A stretch of DNA of 64,000 nt from Escherichia phage TH09, in the sequence record MT446387.1, one strand, 5' to 3'. Positions within the stretch are counted from its first letter, which is position 1; every line of letters starts with the position of its first letter. Under the pieces are notes generated by a model. That model had not been told where the DNA came from and ran no database searches. It saw only the letters and a list, made by a program, of their open reading frames with translations. A program made the position numbers and the translations under genes. Positions 1 to 10,898 of this stretch are shown one piece after another.

Positions 1-2803
1 TATTATTACTGGTCTTAGTACCATAATCAAAGCTTGAAGTCGTTTTGCTACCGTAATCAAAACTAGAAGTGGTCTTAGTACCCAAATCTGTGCTTGATGC
101 ACTTGCACTATGGCTATGTGACTTAACACCGTCTGCTTCTGTACTTAATACAGCGCGCCCAGATGGTTTACCCTTGATAGTTTGACCACGCATATCAGGC
201 AGAGCGCCAGAAGGATACACCGCAGCTAACTTAGGATACAAGCCAGTATCAAATGTTTGGCCTTCCATTATGGCATAACCTTCAGGAGGTGTATCAGTAG
301 GCCAAGGAATCGGAGCACCAATTGGATAACTCGATACAATATCGGTTTTAAGTGATTCAATTGTACTATTTAAGTTGGCAAAATTACCAGAACCACCAGT
401 AATGTTACCGTCTGTACCTAAATAAACTGAACCCCCAGCAGAAATGCGCTTAGGAGATATAAAATCACCAGAACGTGTAAATTCCCAGCCTAAATCTTTT
501 ATAATTGCGCCTGTTGAACTTCCGTCTCCACCTTCATGATAATGAACTCTGAAGTTACCGCCATTTATTAAAGTACCTAAAGAATAACAGCTATTTCCTT
601 GAACATAACGTTGTTTTAAAATAGGAACGTAAGTACTTGTATCTGTGCGATTAATATTCATATAGAACGGAGCACGAACGTTTTCATTATTTTGTGAAGC
701 AAAAGACCCTGCACCAGCCGGGCGAACGGTGTCAGTACATTCAGCATCAATATAAGCTGCTTGTCCTACCTGCATACGGTAATTAGGAGAAATACGACTA
801 TGACTAGTAACAACAACAAGTTTGGTATCGTTGTCCACAGTAATCATATTACCGCCAGCGCCATCATCGCCTAACGTAACAGAATGGCGCATTTGTACCA
901 TACCATTATTAAGACTAATACTTAGCGGGCGGAGATTACTTATTCCACCACTTTCACCGGCATCTTTGGGAGTCGGGATAATATGTAATGCTGTTTCTGA
1001 GCGACGGAAAATAGCACCGTATTCGGCATTCCAAATTCTTAATGCATCTGCTGTTCCGCCAATTTTAACTTGTCCAGTAATAGAAGAACCACCTTGGACA
1101 AACAAACCATTAGACATGGTAACATTACCGACTAAAGTGCTTAATCCATTAACTTTAAAACTTCCGTCAGTAATAATACTTCCTCTAGCATTAACTTGTC
1201 CATTGAACTGGGTTACAACAGGCCCAGTAGTTTCAGAGCCACTTGGAGCCATACGCTGTGAATAAAAATAATATCCTTGCCCGTCACTAACTTCAAAAAC
1301 TGTTTCACGATTACGATCGCCGGATGCGTTAAATGAATTACCCCATGCTTTAACAGTTACGTAGCTTTTATTCTGACCAGCACGAGTACCGCCTTCCCAC
1401 AAAATTTGCTTAGTGCCATCAATTGTAGTAGTTGGAGCGAATGTTAGCCCAGCAGTAGAATTATTAGCTGCTAAATATATGCCATTATATATTGAAAGCT
1501 GCTTAACAGATGTAATACCGCCATCAGCATAAAACATTACATTATTTGCACCGGTTACTATTTTAAGAATACCCGGGTTAACTTCCATGCCTTCTTGAGT
1601 ATTAATATTAGTTTTGCCTTTACCACGGAAATAGTGGTTCATTTTTCCGCCTGAGTTATAGCCAATATGTGTCTGGCCGTCTCCAGCAGCGTTTTCATCA
1701 GCCTGTGTTTGAACTGATAAAAAGGCAGCGTTCGTTCCAGGCATTGTCCATGTTGTACCTTGGTCTTCTGAGCGTCCAAATATTGCTTTGCGAGTACTAC
1801 GGAAACTATCAGGAGTAATAGATGCCAAAGATAAACCAGAACCAACGAAATCAAATACCCCGGTTTTTCTATAAACTAGACCAGTTCCATTATCACCTAA
1901 AGCAAGAAATATATTTCCTAGTGCCCCAACATTGCCATAATCACTTGACGGAAACCCTTGTGTCACAGTACCAATGGCCAAACTATTGCGGATAATCATT
2001 CTACCGTCGTTACGAATACCGTATAGTTTAAATAATGGTGTATTACCAGTCCACCAAGAAACTTCATCAGCCAGGCCTGTTTGGGCAGTAACAATTTCAT
2101 GATAAATTGTACCACCGGACTTAGCGCGAACTTTACGAAGATAGTTTACACCATTTGTTTCACCGGTTTCAGGATAAACATAGTTAACCAAAGATTGTGA
2201 ATCGTATTGTCCAAATGATTTAGAATCATGATTAATTAAATTAACACTAATAGTTGGTGTACTAATAGAAGTTAAAGCAGTTAACTTACGTGCCTGGAAG
2301 ATACCGCCATCAGTAGAAATGAAATGAAATTCTGAATTTTGAGCTCCCGCAGCGGTTCCTTGACGAACACGCATTGTAATTACGCCTTCATTTTCAGACT
2401 GTGGTTTTGAATATAAAACGCCACGTTCTGATCCATTTGTATTTTCAAACCAAAGATGGGCATTTGCAGTATCATTTATTGCTCTTGTATAAAATGAACC
2501 GGATGTTGATCTGAATACTGTAGCAGAAACAATATTACTTGCCGTAATAGTACCACTTGTAGAAAAATTTCCAAAGTTGTTTATTGGTCCATTGACGCGT
2601 AAAGTTCCATCAATAGTTACATTTCCATCAATTTGACCGCCTTTAGCAATACCTAGATCAATAATATTTCCCGAGTCATCTTTAGTAAAAAGAGTACGGT
2701 CTTTTAAGTTTATAGCCAATTCACCTTCGGCTAATACTGAAGCAGCAGGACGTTGACCTGCAGTTTTGCTTCTTTTAAATTGTATTTGTTTTAAAGTAGC
2801 CAT
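1..2803 (-). CDS. 37: Long tail fibre distal subunit gp37, N-terminal ~934 codons; C-terminal receptor-binding tip lies beyond the window start
   Basis: Open minus-strand frame from ATG at 2803 (rc of cat 2801-2803) with SD gagga just upstream; starts [13 protein letters not shown] as T4 gp37; ends inside the window at ...[24 protein letters not shown]; not in ORF track because it runs off the edge. Confidence 0.9.
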   Translation of the reverse strand, partial: MATLKQIQFKRSKTAGQRPAASVLAEGELAINLKDRTLFTKDDSGNIIDLGIAKGGQIDGNVTIDGTLRVNGPINNFGNFSTSGTITASNIVSATVFRSTSGSFYTRAINDTANAHLWFENTNGSERGVLYSKPQSENEGVITMRVRQGTAAGAQNSEFHFISTDGGIFQARKLTALTSISTPTISVNLINHDSKSFGQYDSQSLVNYVYPETGETNGVNYLRKVRAKSGGTIYHEIVTAQTGLADEVSWWTGNTPLFKLYGIRNDGRMIIRNSLAIGTVTQGFPSSDYGNVGALGNIFLALGDNGTGLVYRKTGVFDFVGSGLSLASITPDSFRSTRKAIFGRSEDQGTTWTMPGTNAAFLSVQTQADENAAGDGQTHIGYNSGGKMNHYFRGKGKTNINTQEGMEVNPGILKIVTGANNVMFYADGGITSVKQLSIYNGIYLAANNSTAGLTFAPTTTIDGTKQILWEGGTRAGQNKSYVTVKAWGNSFNASGDRNRETVFEVSDGQGYYFYSQRMAPSGSETTGPVVTQFNGQVNARGSIITDGSFKVNGLSTLVGNVTMSNGLFVQGGSSITGQVKIGGTADALRIWNAEYGAIFRRSETALHIIPTPKDAGESGGISNLRPLSISLNNGMVQMRHSVTLGDDGAGGNMITVDNDTKLVVVTSHSRISPNYRMQVGQAAYIDAECTDTVRPAGAGSFASQNNENVRAPFYMNINRTDTSTYVPILKQRYVQGNSCYSLGTLINGGNFRVHYHEGGDGSSTGAIIKDLGWEFTRSGDFISPKRISAGGSVYLGTDGNITGGSGNFANLNSTIESLKTDIVSSYPIGAPIPWPTDTPPEGYAIMEGQTFDTGLYPKLAAVYPSGALPDMRGQTIKGKPSGRAVLSTEADGVKSHSHSASASSTDLGTKTTSSFDYGSKTTSSFDYGTKTSNN

Positions 2804-2811
2804 AAGTCCTC

Positions 2812-3477
2812 TTAATAATAGCCGAAATCTTGAACAGAATCCTTAATTACGATTTGATCAAATCGCGGAACGTGAGAAGGTTGAGACGCAGGATTCTGTG
2901 AGAAAAAGTTTGGTGCGGTTAAGTTTCCCGTCATAGTGTCACCAGAACGCAACACTCTAGAGTTTGCATTTGCTGTAACAGTATTTATTGCTCCATCAAC
3001 ATAGTCCTTTCTAGTAAGGTCATTCGCTGCTATAGGAGCAGCCGCATTACTTCTTACTTGACCTGCTGCCGACACAACGCCTTTTGTATTAATATCACCA
3101 TTACGTGCATTAATTACAACAGTTCGAGCTGCTGAACCTTGTGATGATTTAAAACCAATACCATTCCACGAAACAATATCGATATTTGCTACAGCAAAAG
3201 TAGCATTATCACCGTTACCTGGATAAACACCGCATGGGTTTGTGTTGTTTACAGCATACGGAACTTGAACTCCACCGTTAAATGTTACCTTTGATGCATA
3301 AGTACCACCATTAGCTTTAGAAACGAAATCGTTATCAGCCGCTTGCGGTTTATTGTATTCTGAATATATTTTAAATGATTTATAGAGTACATCGTCACCG
3401 GCTGGATTCAATGGAAAATTTCCTTGATGCCAAATGACAGAGCCTCCGGTTGTTGAACCTACTTTTAAATCAGCCAT
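2812..3477 (-). CDS. 36: Long tail fibre distal connector gp36 (221 aa)
   Basis: ORF track; length identical to T4 gp36; position between 35 and 37. Confidence 0.9.
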   Translation of the reverse strand: MADLKVGSTTGGSVIWHQGNFPLNPAGDDVLYKSFKIYSEYNKPQAADNDFVSKANGGTYASKVTFNGGVQVPYAVNNTNPCGVYPGNGDNATFAVANIDIVSWNGIGFKSSQGSAARTVVINARNGDINTKGVVSAAGQVRSNAAAPIAANDLTRKDYVDGAINTVTANANSRVLRSGDTMTGNLTAPNFFSQNPASQPSHVPRFDQIVIKDSVQDFGYY

Positions 3478-3500
3478 TGTATGCCCCTTTATTTTAATAG

Positions 3501-3508
3501 TATTTATA
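3501..3508 (-). promoter_or_regulatory. T4 late promoter TATAAATA upstream of gene 36
   Basis: plus tatttata = TATAAATA on minus strand, about 25 nt upstream of the gene 36 ATG. Confidence 0.7.
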
Positions 3509-3510
3509 AA

Positions 3511-3534
3511 GAAAAAGGGAACCCGAAGGCTCCC
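3511..3534 (-). terminator. Intrinsic terminator after gene 35
   Basis: minus-strand RNA GGGAGCC-UUCG-GGUUCCC (one G-U pair) followed by UUUUU. Confidence 0.65.
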
Positions 3535-3539
3535 TCAAT

Positions 3540-4655
3540 TTATACTTCTCTAAATTCTTGCCCAAACACTTTACCAGTTTTAGACGATGCTTGCGTAGGA
3601 AGTACCATTATATCCGGAGGTGAAGCAGATTCACAGATATAATTAACACGAATGCCATTGACGCCAAATTCAGCAGGTTTCGAAATACCTCCATTTCTTG
3701 ACACTTCAGAAAAGCTTAAATTTCGCATACCGCCTTGTCCCGCTTGAGCAGTTCTCTGTGCATATATCGTAAATCCGACAGCGTTTTCTGGAACAACCAC
3801 ATAATCTTCTTTTAATTCCCAAGAACCAGCTTGCCCGGTAAACTCAGCTTGTGTCGAGGAAATATATCCATTCGATGCGTTATAAAAACGGATAGATATA
3901 TTTGTAGTTCCAAGCGCAAGTAAATCGGCATCAGCATATAACTGTGCTTTGAGATAAAGAACATCGCCAGGAATTAAATTATAGTCAGATAATTTACTTA
4001 TGGCAGCTGAAGTTGGTAGACGTGCAATTTCGTTATTAGTTCCTCCAACCGCCGACATAAATTGCTCAACGCTTTCGTATGTTCTTTTAGGAAATCCTGT
4101 GGCTCCAACGTCCTCTAAACTGTCAAATACAACATCTAAAATAGTTTGATAATCATCTGTGCTTTTTCTATTACTTAGTTTAACATGTTCTAATGCAATA
4201 GCTCTTTTAGAAGAAGTATAAAAGGCAGCATATGATACGTCAAATCTTGACAATAAAGAATCAGATGGAAAAGCAGACGTTCCTGCGGTTCTTAACCAAG
4301 ATACTACTTCAGGAGGAAAATTAACCTTTCCGCTAGTTAATATAGCAACAAGTCTATTATTCGCCAAAGAATTCATGAAACTAACAAAAGCAGCTGATGT
4401 AGTATCATTTGAAGTAGAAAAAGCATATGACTTACTATCAACTAATGCTCCGGTGGAAGGGTCAAAAACTCTTAGATGAAGACCTGCGCTAAATGTTTGA
4501 CTTCCAACAGGATTATCCTGAAATTTAACGTATGGTCCTGCAGTAGAAAGCGGGCAAGAACCCGCTATACTTATTTTGTATCTTACTGAATTACTTTCCG
4601 ATAAAAATGGCGTTTGGACATATCCTTGTCCAAACTCTGCCATAAATTTTTCCAT
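3540..4655 (-). CDS. 35: Long tail fibre hinge protein gp35 (371 aa)
   Basis: ORF track; ATG verified; size as T4 gp35 (372 aa); synteny. Confidence 0.9.
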   Translation of the reverse strand: MEKFMAEFGQGYVQTPFLSESNSVRYKISIAGSCPLSTAGPYVKFQDNPVGSQTFSAGLHLRVFDPSTGALVDSKSYAFSTSNDTTSAAFVSFMNSLANNRLVAILTSGKVNFPPEVVSWLRTAGTSAFPSDSLLSRFDVSYAAFYTSSKRAIALEHVKLSNRKSTDDYQTILDVVFDSLEDVGATGFPKRTYESVEQFMSAVGGTNNEIARLPTSAAISKLSDYNLIPGDVLYLKAQLYADADLLALGTTNISIRFYNASNGYISSTQAEFTGQAGSWELKEDYVVVPENAVGFTIYAQRTAQAGQGGMRNLSFSEVSRNGGISKPAEFGVNGIRVNYICESASPPDIMVLPTQASSKTGKVFGQEFREV

Positions 4656-4663
4656 AATACCTC

Positions 4664-7600
4664 TTATTCAATCCATTCAAATTTAACAGATTTATTCACT
4701 GGGTCAGGAATAATGCGAACATTACCAATTCGTAAGAAATCACGAATAGTAAGATTCCCCATTGTAGCATTATCAGATGGCAAAGCACCGATATCAGACG
4801 GCTGAGGAGGGTTACCTCCATCAAATACCTGAACAAAACTCGACCAAGAATTTTTGGTTTTCTGCCATGTACGTGTCCAGCGAGTGGTACGTGCTTCTGG
4901 AGTCGTTGGATAAGTAATCCAATCTTGGTAAAGCGAATCAAGTGTGTTACCAAACTGAGTCAATGTACCAGGAGATTTAACTTCTTCGCCACGTTCTAAG
5001 TATGGAAGTCCAGTCACTTCATTAGTTTTTTCAACCATTTTAAAATAACCCGGGAATTGGTTATAAGTAGCTGAATCATTAATATCGATTGACCAGAATC
5101 CTACAGTATCAGATGTTGGCGCACGGGTATATAAGTCAGAAGTTTTAGTGCCCTGAGAACGAATTCTCGAGTTAACAGTTAAACCACCTGAATTTATAGT
5201 AGCACCTTTGGCAATGATTAAGCTTTCACCAATTGTGACTTGACCGGATTGATTATTAATTGATAATGGACGTAATCCATTAAATCCACCGGTCTGATCA
5301 CCAGATGCAGTAAGCATAAAATATGTGCTGCCGCCATCATTCCTGATAAAGAATCCATAATCACCGTTTATTGCTCTGAAAGCATTTGCAGACTTGCTAA
5401 TGAATTCACCATTGGCTGTAACTGAACTACCAAATGTTGCTACGCCATTCGCATTCAAAGAACCCGAAGCATTAACATTTATTGGCATTACAGTACCATT
5501 GATACTAAACGTTATATTCCCAGCTTTATTGCGTTGAGAATAAAAGTGATTAGACGTTTCATCACCAACTTCAAATACAGTAGAACGCGTTGTATCTGAT
5601 CCGCCACTAAACTGATTTCCCCAAACTCTGATAGTCATCGTCTGTGCTGGGTTAGTTCCAGTTTGAGGTCCTTTCTCAAAAATCAGACGAGTTGCCGTTC
5701 CAGTATTAGAAATAGTTAATGTACTATTTGCCGAAACTGAACCACCAAACGCAGCAGTACTAGATGATACAAGAGGGGCACTCAGATTCGTTTGTTGGGT
5801 TAAGGTTAGTGAACCATTAACTGTCTGCGCAATGTCCCTACGAATGAACTGAGATGAATCTAGACCATCCAATAAATTACTATCTGCAGCTTTTGCTTTT
5901 AACGGCAAATAATTTGCTAATACACGGTTTAATTCATATGGTGATACTGCATAGCTATTTTTCTCATATAGTTCTAAATCTTGGGTAGAACCGACTGTAT
6001 CATTACCAACGAATGTAATTGAACCAGATGAAGTTTTAACAAAACCTCTTATCGCAGTAGTAGCTGCCCAGGTAGGTTCACTCTGCACAATCCATTTTAA
6101 ATTTTTTGGAGATACAGCAGTATTTGCTGACGTTCCAGCCACAGTTTCAGACTGGGTTGCAACTTTAATAACACCTTCCTGTGCTTCAGTAGATTTAGTA
6201 CCTAAAAGCTTTTTAGGAGTTATTAAAACATTATCTAATGTTCCTGCAGCAGCTTCAACTTGTGTAGCTACACGAAGTGTACCACGTTGCGTCTCATTTG
6301 CTTCAAGAATATTAAGGGTATAATGGTCCCAGAGAGTTCCTGATTCAACTAATCCAGATAGAGCAACAACAGAAGTACGATCAGTACTATTAAATCTAGT
6401 TTTAATTTTTAATGGTGTAGAGATACGAGTATCGTCGACGCCTGCGTCGAATTCAACTTGTGTAGCAATTTCAGCTATACCACTTAAACTTTCAGTTGCT
6501 CTACGGTCATTTAAAGTTTTAGGAGTGACTGCACGAGTATAATCAGTTCCTGTATTAACTTCACTTTGCGTAGCAATTTCAATTAAACCAATTCTTGCAT
6601 CAGTTGATGTCTTTTTATGTAACGTTTCTGGCGTTACAACAGCATTTGCCCATCCTTCCTGACTTTGTCCAGCAATTACTTCACTTTCAACTGCTAAAAT
6701 TACTGCACCTTGCTGTGTTGGAGTAGCTTTATACTGATCCAAGGCTTTAGGTGAAACAACTAAGTTATTAGTGTTTTTATTATAAACATTTGTACCATTT
6801 AATTCACGACTAGAAGCTGGAGTAGCTCCTGCAGTAGATACAAAAGTTACAATACCAGATAATGATTCAGAACCTTGACGAGCTTGAAGCTTTTTAGGAG
6901 TAATGATTGTAGTATCATCAGTACCTGTATTAGTTTCTTGCTGCGTAGCAATTTCTGCGACACCTCTGCGAGTTTCTGTAGCAGTTCTTTCATTCAGCTT
7001 TTTAGGAGTGATGATAAGGTCATCAGCAAAAGAGAATGTGGTGTTCTGATTCACTTGAGCAGTAGTTGCTATTCTTGCGATACCTCTACGAGTTTCAGTA
7101 GCAGTACGGTTAGCTAATGTTTCTGGAGTAATTGCTAATTCTTTTTGTGGAGAATTTTCTAAATCGACATTAGCTTGAGCTTGTGTAGCTAAAGCAATTA
7201 CGCCTAATCTTGCTCTAGTAGAATCATTTAAAGAGTCTACTCTTTCTACGGTTGGAACGTTTTGCTGTACAACCCAATATTTTCCATCAGAATCTTCTAT
7301 GTAAGCAAGTTGCAAAACTGGAACATAATTAGTTTCACCATTAAAAACTAATTCTTGAACTGTAACCCATTCAGCTTCAGGTGGATATTCTGAGCGTTTT
7401 GGGAATTGCAGCAATTGAACTGAAGAAGCAATTTTATCTTCATCAGCAGCTTTGATTTTAACTGTTTGTCCTTTTCTCATGTAATTCATGGAAATTTTAA
7501 CAGTATCACCAACAGAAATATTAGTTGGAAGCTGAAGCTCAATTGTTTGGGTTGTTCCGTTATTCGCACCAAATACCATAACTTCTTCGTTCGGACGAAT

Positions 7601-8533
7601 ATTAGAATTAGTCGTTATAATGCGTAAACGCGCTTTACTATCCCCGTCAAACAATCTCCACAATTTCTCATTATCGTCAAACATCAAGAAACCGTCAATC
7701 GATGTACGGCCTTCAATGGAATGAGTTCCAACTTCTTGTACTGAAGTCGTTTCATCGTATGTAGTAACAATTGTATGATAAAGCGGATTTAGTTTATCTA
7801 AATCGACGAAATTAATAATATCGCCATGATTAGCAAATCTTGGAAGTTTAATATTTATTGGTGCAGCAGAAGTAAATCTACGTACGATAAAATCATTTGA
7901 TTGCGCTTGATAAGTATTCGCTGGTGTTACAATTACAGCTTCTCTACTATAATCAGCAACATACATTTGCCACAGACGATTACTAAAAATTAAAACTAGC
8001 TGTGACTTTGGATGTGTCATTAGTACTGAGCGTACCTGTTCACCTCTAAAGTTTACAATACTTTGCACCGGAGCTACAATTAAAACTTGGTTAACTCCAG
8101 GTTTTCCTCCAATATCTTGGAGAACGATAGTATCACCGTCAATTGGAGTAGATGGTAAAGTAAATGTAATATCATTACCAGCCGCAGTGTTAACCGAAAT
8201 AGCTTCACCAGATTTTAATTGATATGAACCAGATGAGACTGTAATCCAGTTTGCGTCTGTACGTAATGCTCTCCAGCGTCCGCTATTAAAAGCTCCTGCC
8301 GGTTTTGGAATATCATTTATAGCAGCCCAAAAGCGGTTATCATAAATGATTACAAAATCTTTTAAATATCCACGAGTTGGATCATATTGTTGAACTGTGT
8401 TTTCTTGAATTAAGTAATCAACGTTAACACCGTCAGTTCCTACGGTACGATCAGCTAAAGCTACGTTGATTATTTTATCACCACCTGCGTCCAGACCATC
8501 TTCTGCTCTGAACTTTCTTTTAATCTCGGCCAT
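4664..8533 (-). CDS. 34: Long tail fibre proximal subunit gp34 (1289 aa)
   Basis: ORF track; exactly the T4 gp34 length; ATG verified; SD ggag upstream. Confidence 0.95.
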   Translation of the reverse strand: MAEIKRKFRAEDGLDAGGDKIINVALADRTVGTDGVNVDYLIQENTVQQYDPTRGYLKDFVIIYDNRFWAAINDIPKPAGAFNSGRWRALRTDANWITVSSGSYQLKSGEAISVNTAAGNDITFTLPSTPIDGDTIVLQDIGGKPGVNQVLIVAPVQSIVNFRGEQVRSVLMTHPKSQLVLIFSNRLWQMYVADYSREAVIVTPANTYQAQSNDFIVRRFTSAAPINIKLPRFANHGDIINFVDLDKLNPLYHTIVTTYDETTSVQEVGTHSIEGRTSIDGFLMFDDNEKLWRLFDGDSKARLRIITTNSNIRPNEEVMVFGANNGTTQTIELQLPTNISVGDTVKISMNYMRKGQTVKIKAADEDKIASSVQLLQFPKRSEYPPEAEWVTVQELVFNGETNYVPVLQLAYIEDSDGKYWVVQQNVPTVERVDSLNDSTRARLGVIALATQAQANVDLENSPQKELAITPETLANRTATETRRGIARIATTAQVNQNTTFSFADDLIITPKKLNERTATETRRGVAEIATQQETNTGTDDTTIITPKKLQARQGSESLSGIVTFVSTAGATPASSRELNGTNVYNKNTNNLVVSPKALDQYKATPTQQGAVILAVESEVIAGQSQEGWANAVVTPETLHKKTSTDARIGLIEIATQSEVNTGTDYTRAVTPKTLNDRRATESLSGIAEIATQVEFDAGVDDTRISTPLKIKTRFNSTDRTSVVALSGLVESGTLWDHYTLNILEANETQRGTLRVATQVEAAAGTLDNVLITPKKLLGTKSTEAQEGVIKVATQSETVAGTSANTAVSPKNLKWIVQSEPTWAATTAIRGFVKTSSGSITFVGNDTVGSTQDLELYEKNSYAVSPYELNRVLANYLPLKAKAADSNLLDGLDSSQFIRRDIAQTVNGSLTLTQQTNLSAPLVSSSTAAFGGSVSANSTLTISNTGTATRLIFEKGPQTGTNPAQTMTIRVWGNQFSGGSDTTRSTVFEVGDETSNHFYSQRNKAGNITFSINGTVMPINVNASGSLNANGVATFGSSVTANGEFISKSANAFRAINGDYGFFIRNDGGSTYFMLTASGDQTGGFNGLRPLSINNQSGQVTIGESLIIAKGATINSGGLTVNSRIRSQGTKTSDLYTRAPTSDTVGFWSIDINDSATYNQFPGYFKMVEKTNEVTGLPYLERGEEVKSPGTLTQFGNTLDSLYQDWITYPTTPEARTTRWTRTWQKTKNSWSSFVQVFDGGNPPQPSDIGALPSDNATMGNLTIRDFLRIGNVRIIPDPVNKSVKFEWIE

Positions 8534-8567
8534 TCTCCCGGGCTCCTATTGTGTTTTCAATAATAAG

Positions 8568-8575
8568 TATTTATA
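8568..8575 (-). promoter_or_regulatory. T4 late promoter TATAAATA for gene 34
   Basis: plus tatttata about 35 nt upstream of the gene 34 ATG. Confidence 0.7.
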
Positions 8576-8578
8576 CTT

Positions 8579-8608
8579 GTTTACTTTAAGATTTGGATGG
8601 TATATAAT
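8579..8608 (+). promoter_or_regulatory. Early sigma70-type promoter upstream of rnh
   Basis: GTTTAC -35, 18-nt spacer, TATAAT -10. Confidence 0.5.
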
Positions 8609-8637
8609 AGAAATCTCACTAATTGAACGAGGTTCAT

Positions 8638-9555
8638 ATGGATTTAGAAATGATGTTGGATGAAGACTACAAAGAAGGAATTTGCTTTATTGACTTTAGT
8701 CAAATTGCGCTTTCAACTGCTTTAGTAAACTTCCCAGATAAAGAAAAAATTAATTTATCAATGGTTCGTCATTTGATATTGAACTCAATTAAGTTTAATG
8801 TCAAAAAAGCAAAAACGCTTGGATACACTAAAATTGTATTGTGTATTGATAACGCGAAATCTGGATACTGGCGTCGTGATTTTGCTTATTATTATAAGAA
8901 AAACCGTGGAAAAGCACGAGAAGAATCTACTTGGGACTGGGAAGGTTATTTTGAATCCAGTCATAAAGTTATAGATGAATTGAAAGCTTATATGCCATAC
9001 ATCGTTATGGATATTGATAAGTATGAAGCAGATGACCACATTGCTGTTCTTGTTAAAAAGTTCTCTTTAGAAGGACACAAGATTTTAATCATTTCATCGG
9101 ATGGTGACTTTACACAGCTTCACAAATACCCAAATGTTAAGCAATGGTCACCGATGCATAAGAAATGGGTTAAAATTAAAAGCGGTTCTGCTGAAATTGA
9201 CTGTATGACTAAAATCCTTAAAGGCGACAAAAAGGATAACGTTGCTTCAGTTAAAGTACGATCTGACTTTTGGTTTACCAGAGTTGAAGGTGAACGAACT
9301 CCTTCAATGAAAACTTCAATCGTTGAAGCTATTGCTAATGACCGTGAGCAAGCTAAGGTGCTTCTCACAGAATCTGAATATAATCGTTATAAAGAAAATT
9401 TAGTTCTAATTGATTTTGATTATATTCCTGATAATATTGCTTCAAACATTGTGAATTACTATAATTCATATAAATTACCACCGCGTGGCAAAATTTATTC
9501 ATATTTTGTAAAAGCGGGTCTTTCTAAATTAACTAATAGCATTAATGAATTTTGA
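8638..9555 (+). CDS. rnh: RNase H / 5'-3' exonuclease (305 aa)
   Basis: Starts MDLEMMLDEDYKEG as T4 Rnh; track start 8623 is a TTG; ATG at 8638 has SD gagg. Confidence 0.9.
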   Translation: MDLEMMLDEDYKEGICFIDFSQIALSTALVNFPDKEKINLSMVRHLILNSIKFNVKKAKTLGYTKIVLCIDNAKSGYWRRDFAYYYKKNRGKAREESTWDWEGYFESSHKVIDELKAYMPYIVMDIDKYEADDHIAVLVKKFSLEGHKILIISSDGDFTQLHKYPNVKQWSPMHKKWVKIKSGSAEIDCMTKILKGDKKDNVASVKVRSDFWFTRVEGERTPSMKTSIVEAIANDREQAKVLLTESEYNRYKENLVLIDFDYIPDNIASNIVNYYNSYKLPPRGKIYSYFVKAGLSKLTNSINEF

Positions 9556-9563
9556 GGTGAATA

Positions 9564-9833
9564 ATGGCTAAAAAAGAAATGGTTGAATTTGATGAAGCTA
9601 TCCATGGCGAAGACTTGGCTAAATTTATTAAAGAAGCATCTGATCATAAACTGAAAATTTCCGGTTATAATGAACTGATTAAAGATATTCGAATTCGTGC
9701 CAAAGATGAACTTGGCGTTGATGGTAAGATGTTTAATCGTCTATTAGCTTTGTATCATAAAGATAACCGTGATGTGTTTGAAGCTGAAACCGAAGAGGTA
9801 GTTGAACTTTATGACACAGTTTTCTCTAAATGA
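9564..9833 (+). CDS. dsbA: dsDNA-binding protein DsbA (89 aa)
   Basis: ORF track; length and synteny as T4 dsbA. Confidence 0.85.
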   Translation: MAKKEMVEFDEAIHGEDLAKFIKEASDHKLKISGYNELIKDIRIRAKDELGVDGKMFNRLLALYHKDNRDVFEAETEEVVELYDTVFSK

Positions 9834-10149
9834 TATTCGTCCGGTCGATGAGACCGGTCTTTCAGAAAAAGAACTTTCAATTAAGAAAGAAAAGGATGAA
9901 ATAGCAAAGCTTCTTGATCGTCAAGAAAATGGATTTATTATTGAAAAAATGGTAGAAGAGTTTGGAATGAGTTATCTTGAAGCTACGACAGCATTCTTGG
10001 AAGAAAATTCTATTCCTGAAACTCAATTTGCTAAATTTATTCCTTCGGGTATAATTGAAAAAATTCAGTCAGAAGCTATTGACGAAAATCTTTTACGTCC
10101 TTCTGTTGTTCGTTGTGAAAAAACTAATACATTAGATTTTCTACTATGA
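9811..10149 (+). CDS. 33: Late transcription co-activator gp33 (112 aa)
   Basis: Starts MTQFSLNDIRPVDE from ATG 9811 (track start 9802 is TTG); overlaps dsbA end. Confidence 0.85.
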   Translation: MTQFSLNDIRPVDETGLSEKELSIKKEKDEIAKLLDRQENGFIIEKMVEEFGMSYLEATTAFLEENSIPETQFAKFIPSGIIEKIQSEAIDENLLRPSVVRCEKTNTLDFLL

Positions 10150-10799
10150 TTAAACTCCGCATGCCTGCTGGTGGTGAAAGATACATTGATGGTAAATCAG
10201 TTTATAAATTATACTTAATGATAAAACAACATATGAATGGAAAGTATGATGTAATTAAGTATAATTGGTGCATGCGGGTGTCTGATGCCGCTTATCAAAA
10301 GCGAAGGGATAAGTATTTTTTCCAGAAGTTATCAGAAAAATATAAATTAAAGGAACTTGCTTTAATCTTTATAAGTAATTTGGTTGCTAACCAAGATGCT
10401 TGGATTGGTGACATCTCTGACGCTGATGCACTTGTGTTTTATCGTGAATATATCGGACGCTTAAAGCAAATTAAATTTAAGTTTGAAGAAGATATTCGCA
10501 ACATTTATTATTTTAGTAAAAAAGTTGAAGTTTCTGCTTTTAAAGAAATCTTTGAGTATAATCCAAAAGTTCAATCAAGTTATATTTTTAAACTACTTCA
10601 ATCGAATATAATTTCGTTTGAGACGTTTATCTTGCTTGATTCGTTTTTAAATATAATTGATAAACATGATGAACAGACTGATAATTTAGTCTGGAATAAT
10701 TATTCTATAAAGTTAAAGGCTTATAGAAAAATTTTAAATATTGATTCACAGAAAGCTAAAAGTGTTTTTATTGAAACTGTGAAATCTTGCAAGTATTAA
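10146..10799 (+). CDS. 59: Helicase loader gp59 (217 aa)
   Basis: ORF track; length as T4 gp59; ATGA overlap with gene 33. Confidence 0.85.
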   Translation: MIKLRMPAGGERYIDGKSVYKLYLMIKQHMNGKYDVIKYNWCMRVSDAAYQKRRDKYFFQKLSEKYKLKELALIFISNLVANQDAWIGDISDADALVFYREYIGRLKQIKFKFEEDIRNIYYFSKKVEVSAFKEIFEYNPKVQSSYIFKLLQSNIISFETFILLDSFLNIIDKHDEQTDNLVWNNYSIKLKAYRKILNIDSQKAKSVFIETVKSCKY

Positions 10800-10800
10800 T

Positions 10801-10824
10801 TGCTTATTATAAATAAATTATAAT
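10801..10824 (+). promoter_or_regulatory. MotA-dependent middle promoter for gene 32, with an overlapping late promoter TATAAATA at 10808-10815
   Basis: MotA box TGCTTA, 12-nt spacer, TATAAT at 10819-10824; TATAAATA embedded in the spacer. Confidence 0.6.
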
Positions 10825-10832
10825 TATCTCAC

Positions 10833-10898
10833 TGACCAGCTATGAGGTCATACATCGTCATAGCACCAACTGTTAATTAAATTAAAAAGGAAATAAAA
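10833..10898 (+). promoter_or_regulatory. Gene 32 autoregulatory translational operator: 5' pseudoknot plus AU-rich gp32 loading site
   Basis: UGACC(10833-37)/GGUCA(10846-50) and GCUAUGA(10839-45)/UCAUAGC(10858-64) interleave as an H-type pseudoknot, then unstructured A/U-rich leader to the ATG. Confidence 0.8.

Noticed and set aside
822-1265. 147-aa plus-strand ORF inside gene 37
   Set aside because: Antisense to a well-supported structural gene; low-complexity translation; no SD
4696-4953. 85-aa minus-strand ORF overlapping the 3' end of gene 34 in another frame
   Set aside because: Nested inside gp34 coding sequence; no independent support
8623-8637. Longer track starts using TTG or GTG (rnh 8623, gene 33 9802, 12171, 13528, 15649, 19693, 28912, 29637, uvsW.1 45947)
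   Set aside because: Each has a downstream ATG with a better-placed SD that reproduces the T4 protein length where known; starts were adjusted
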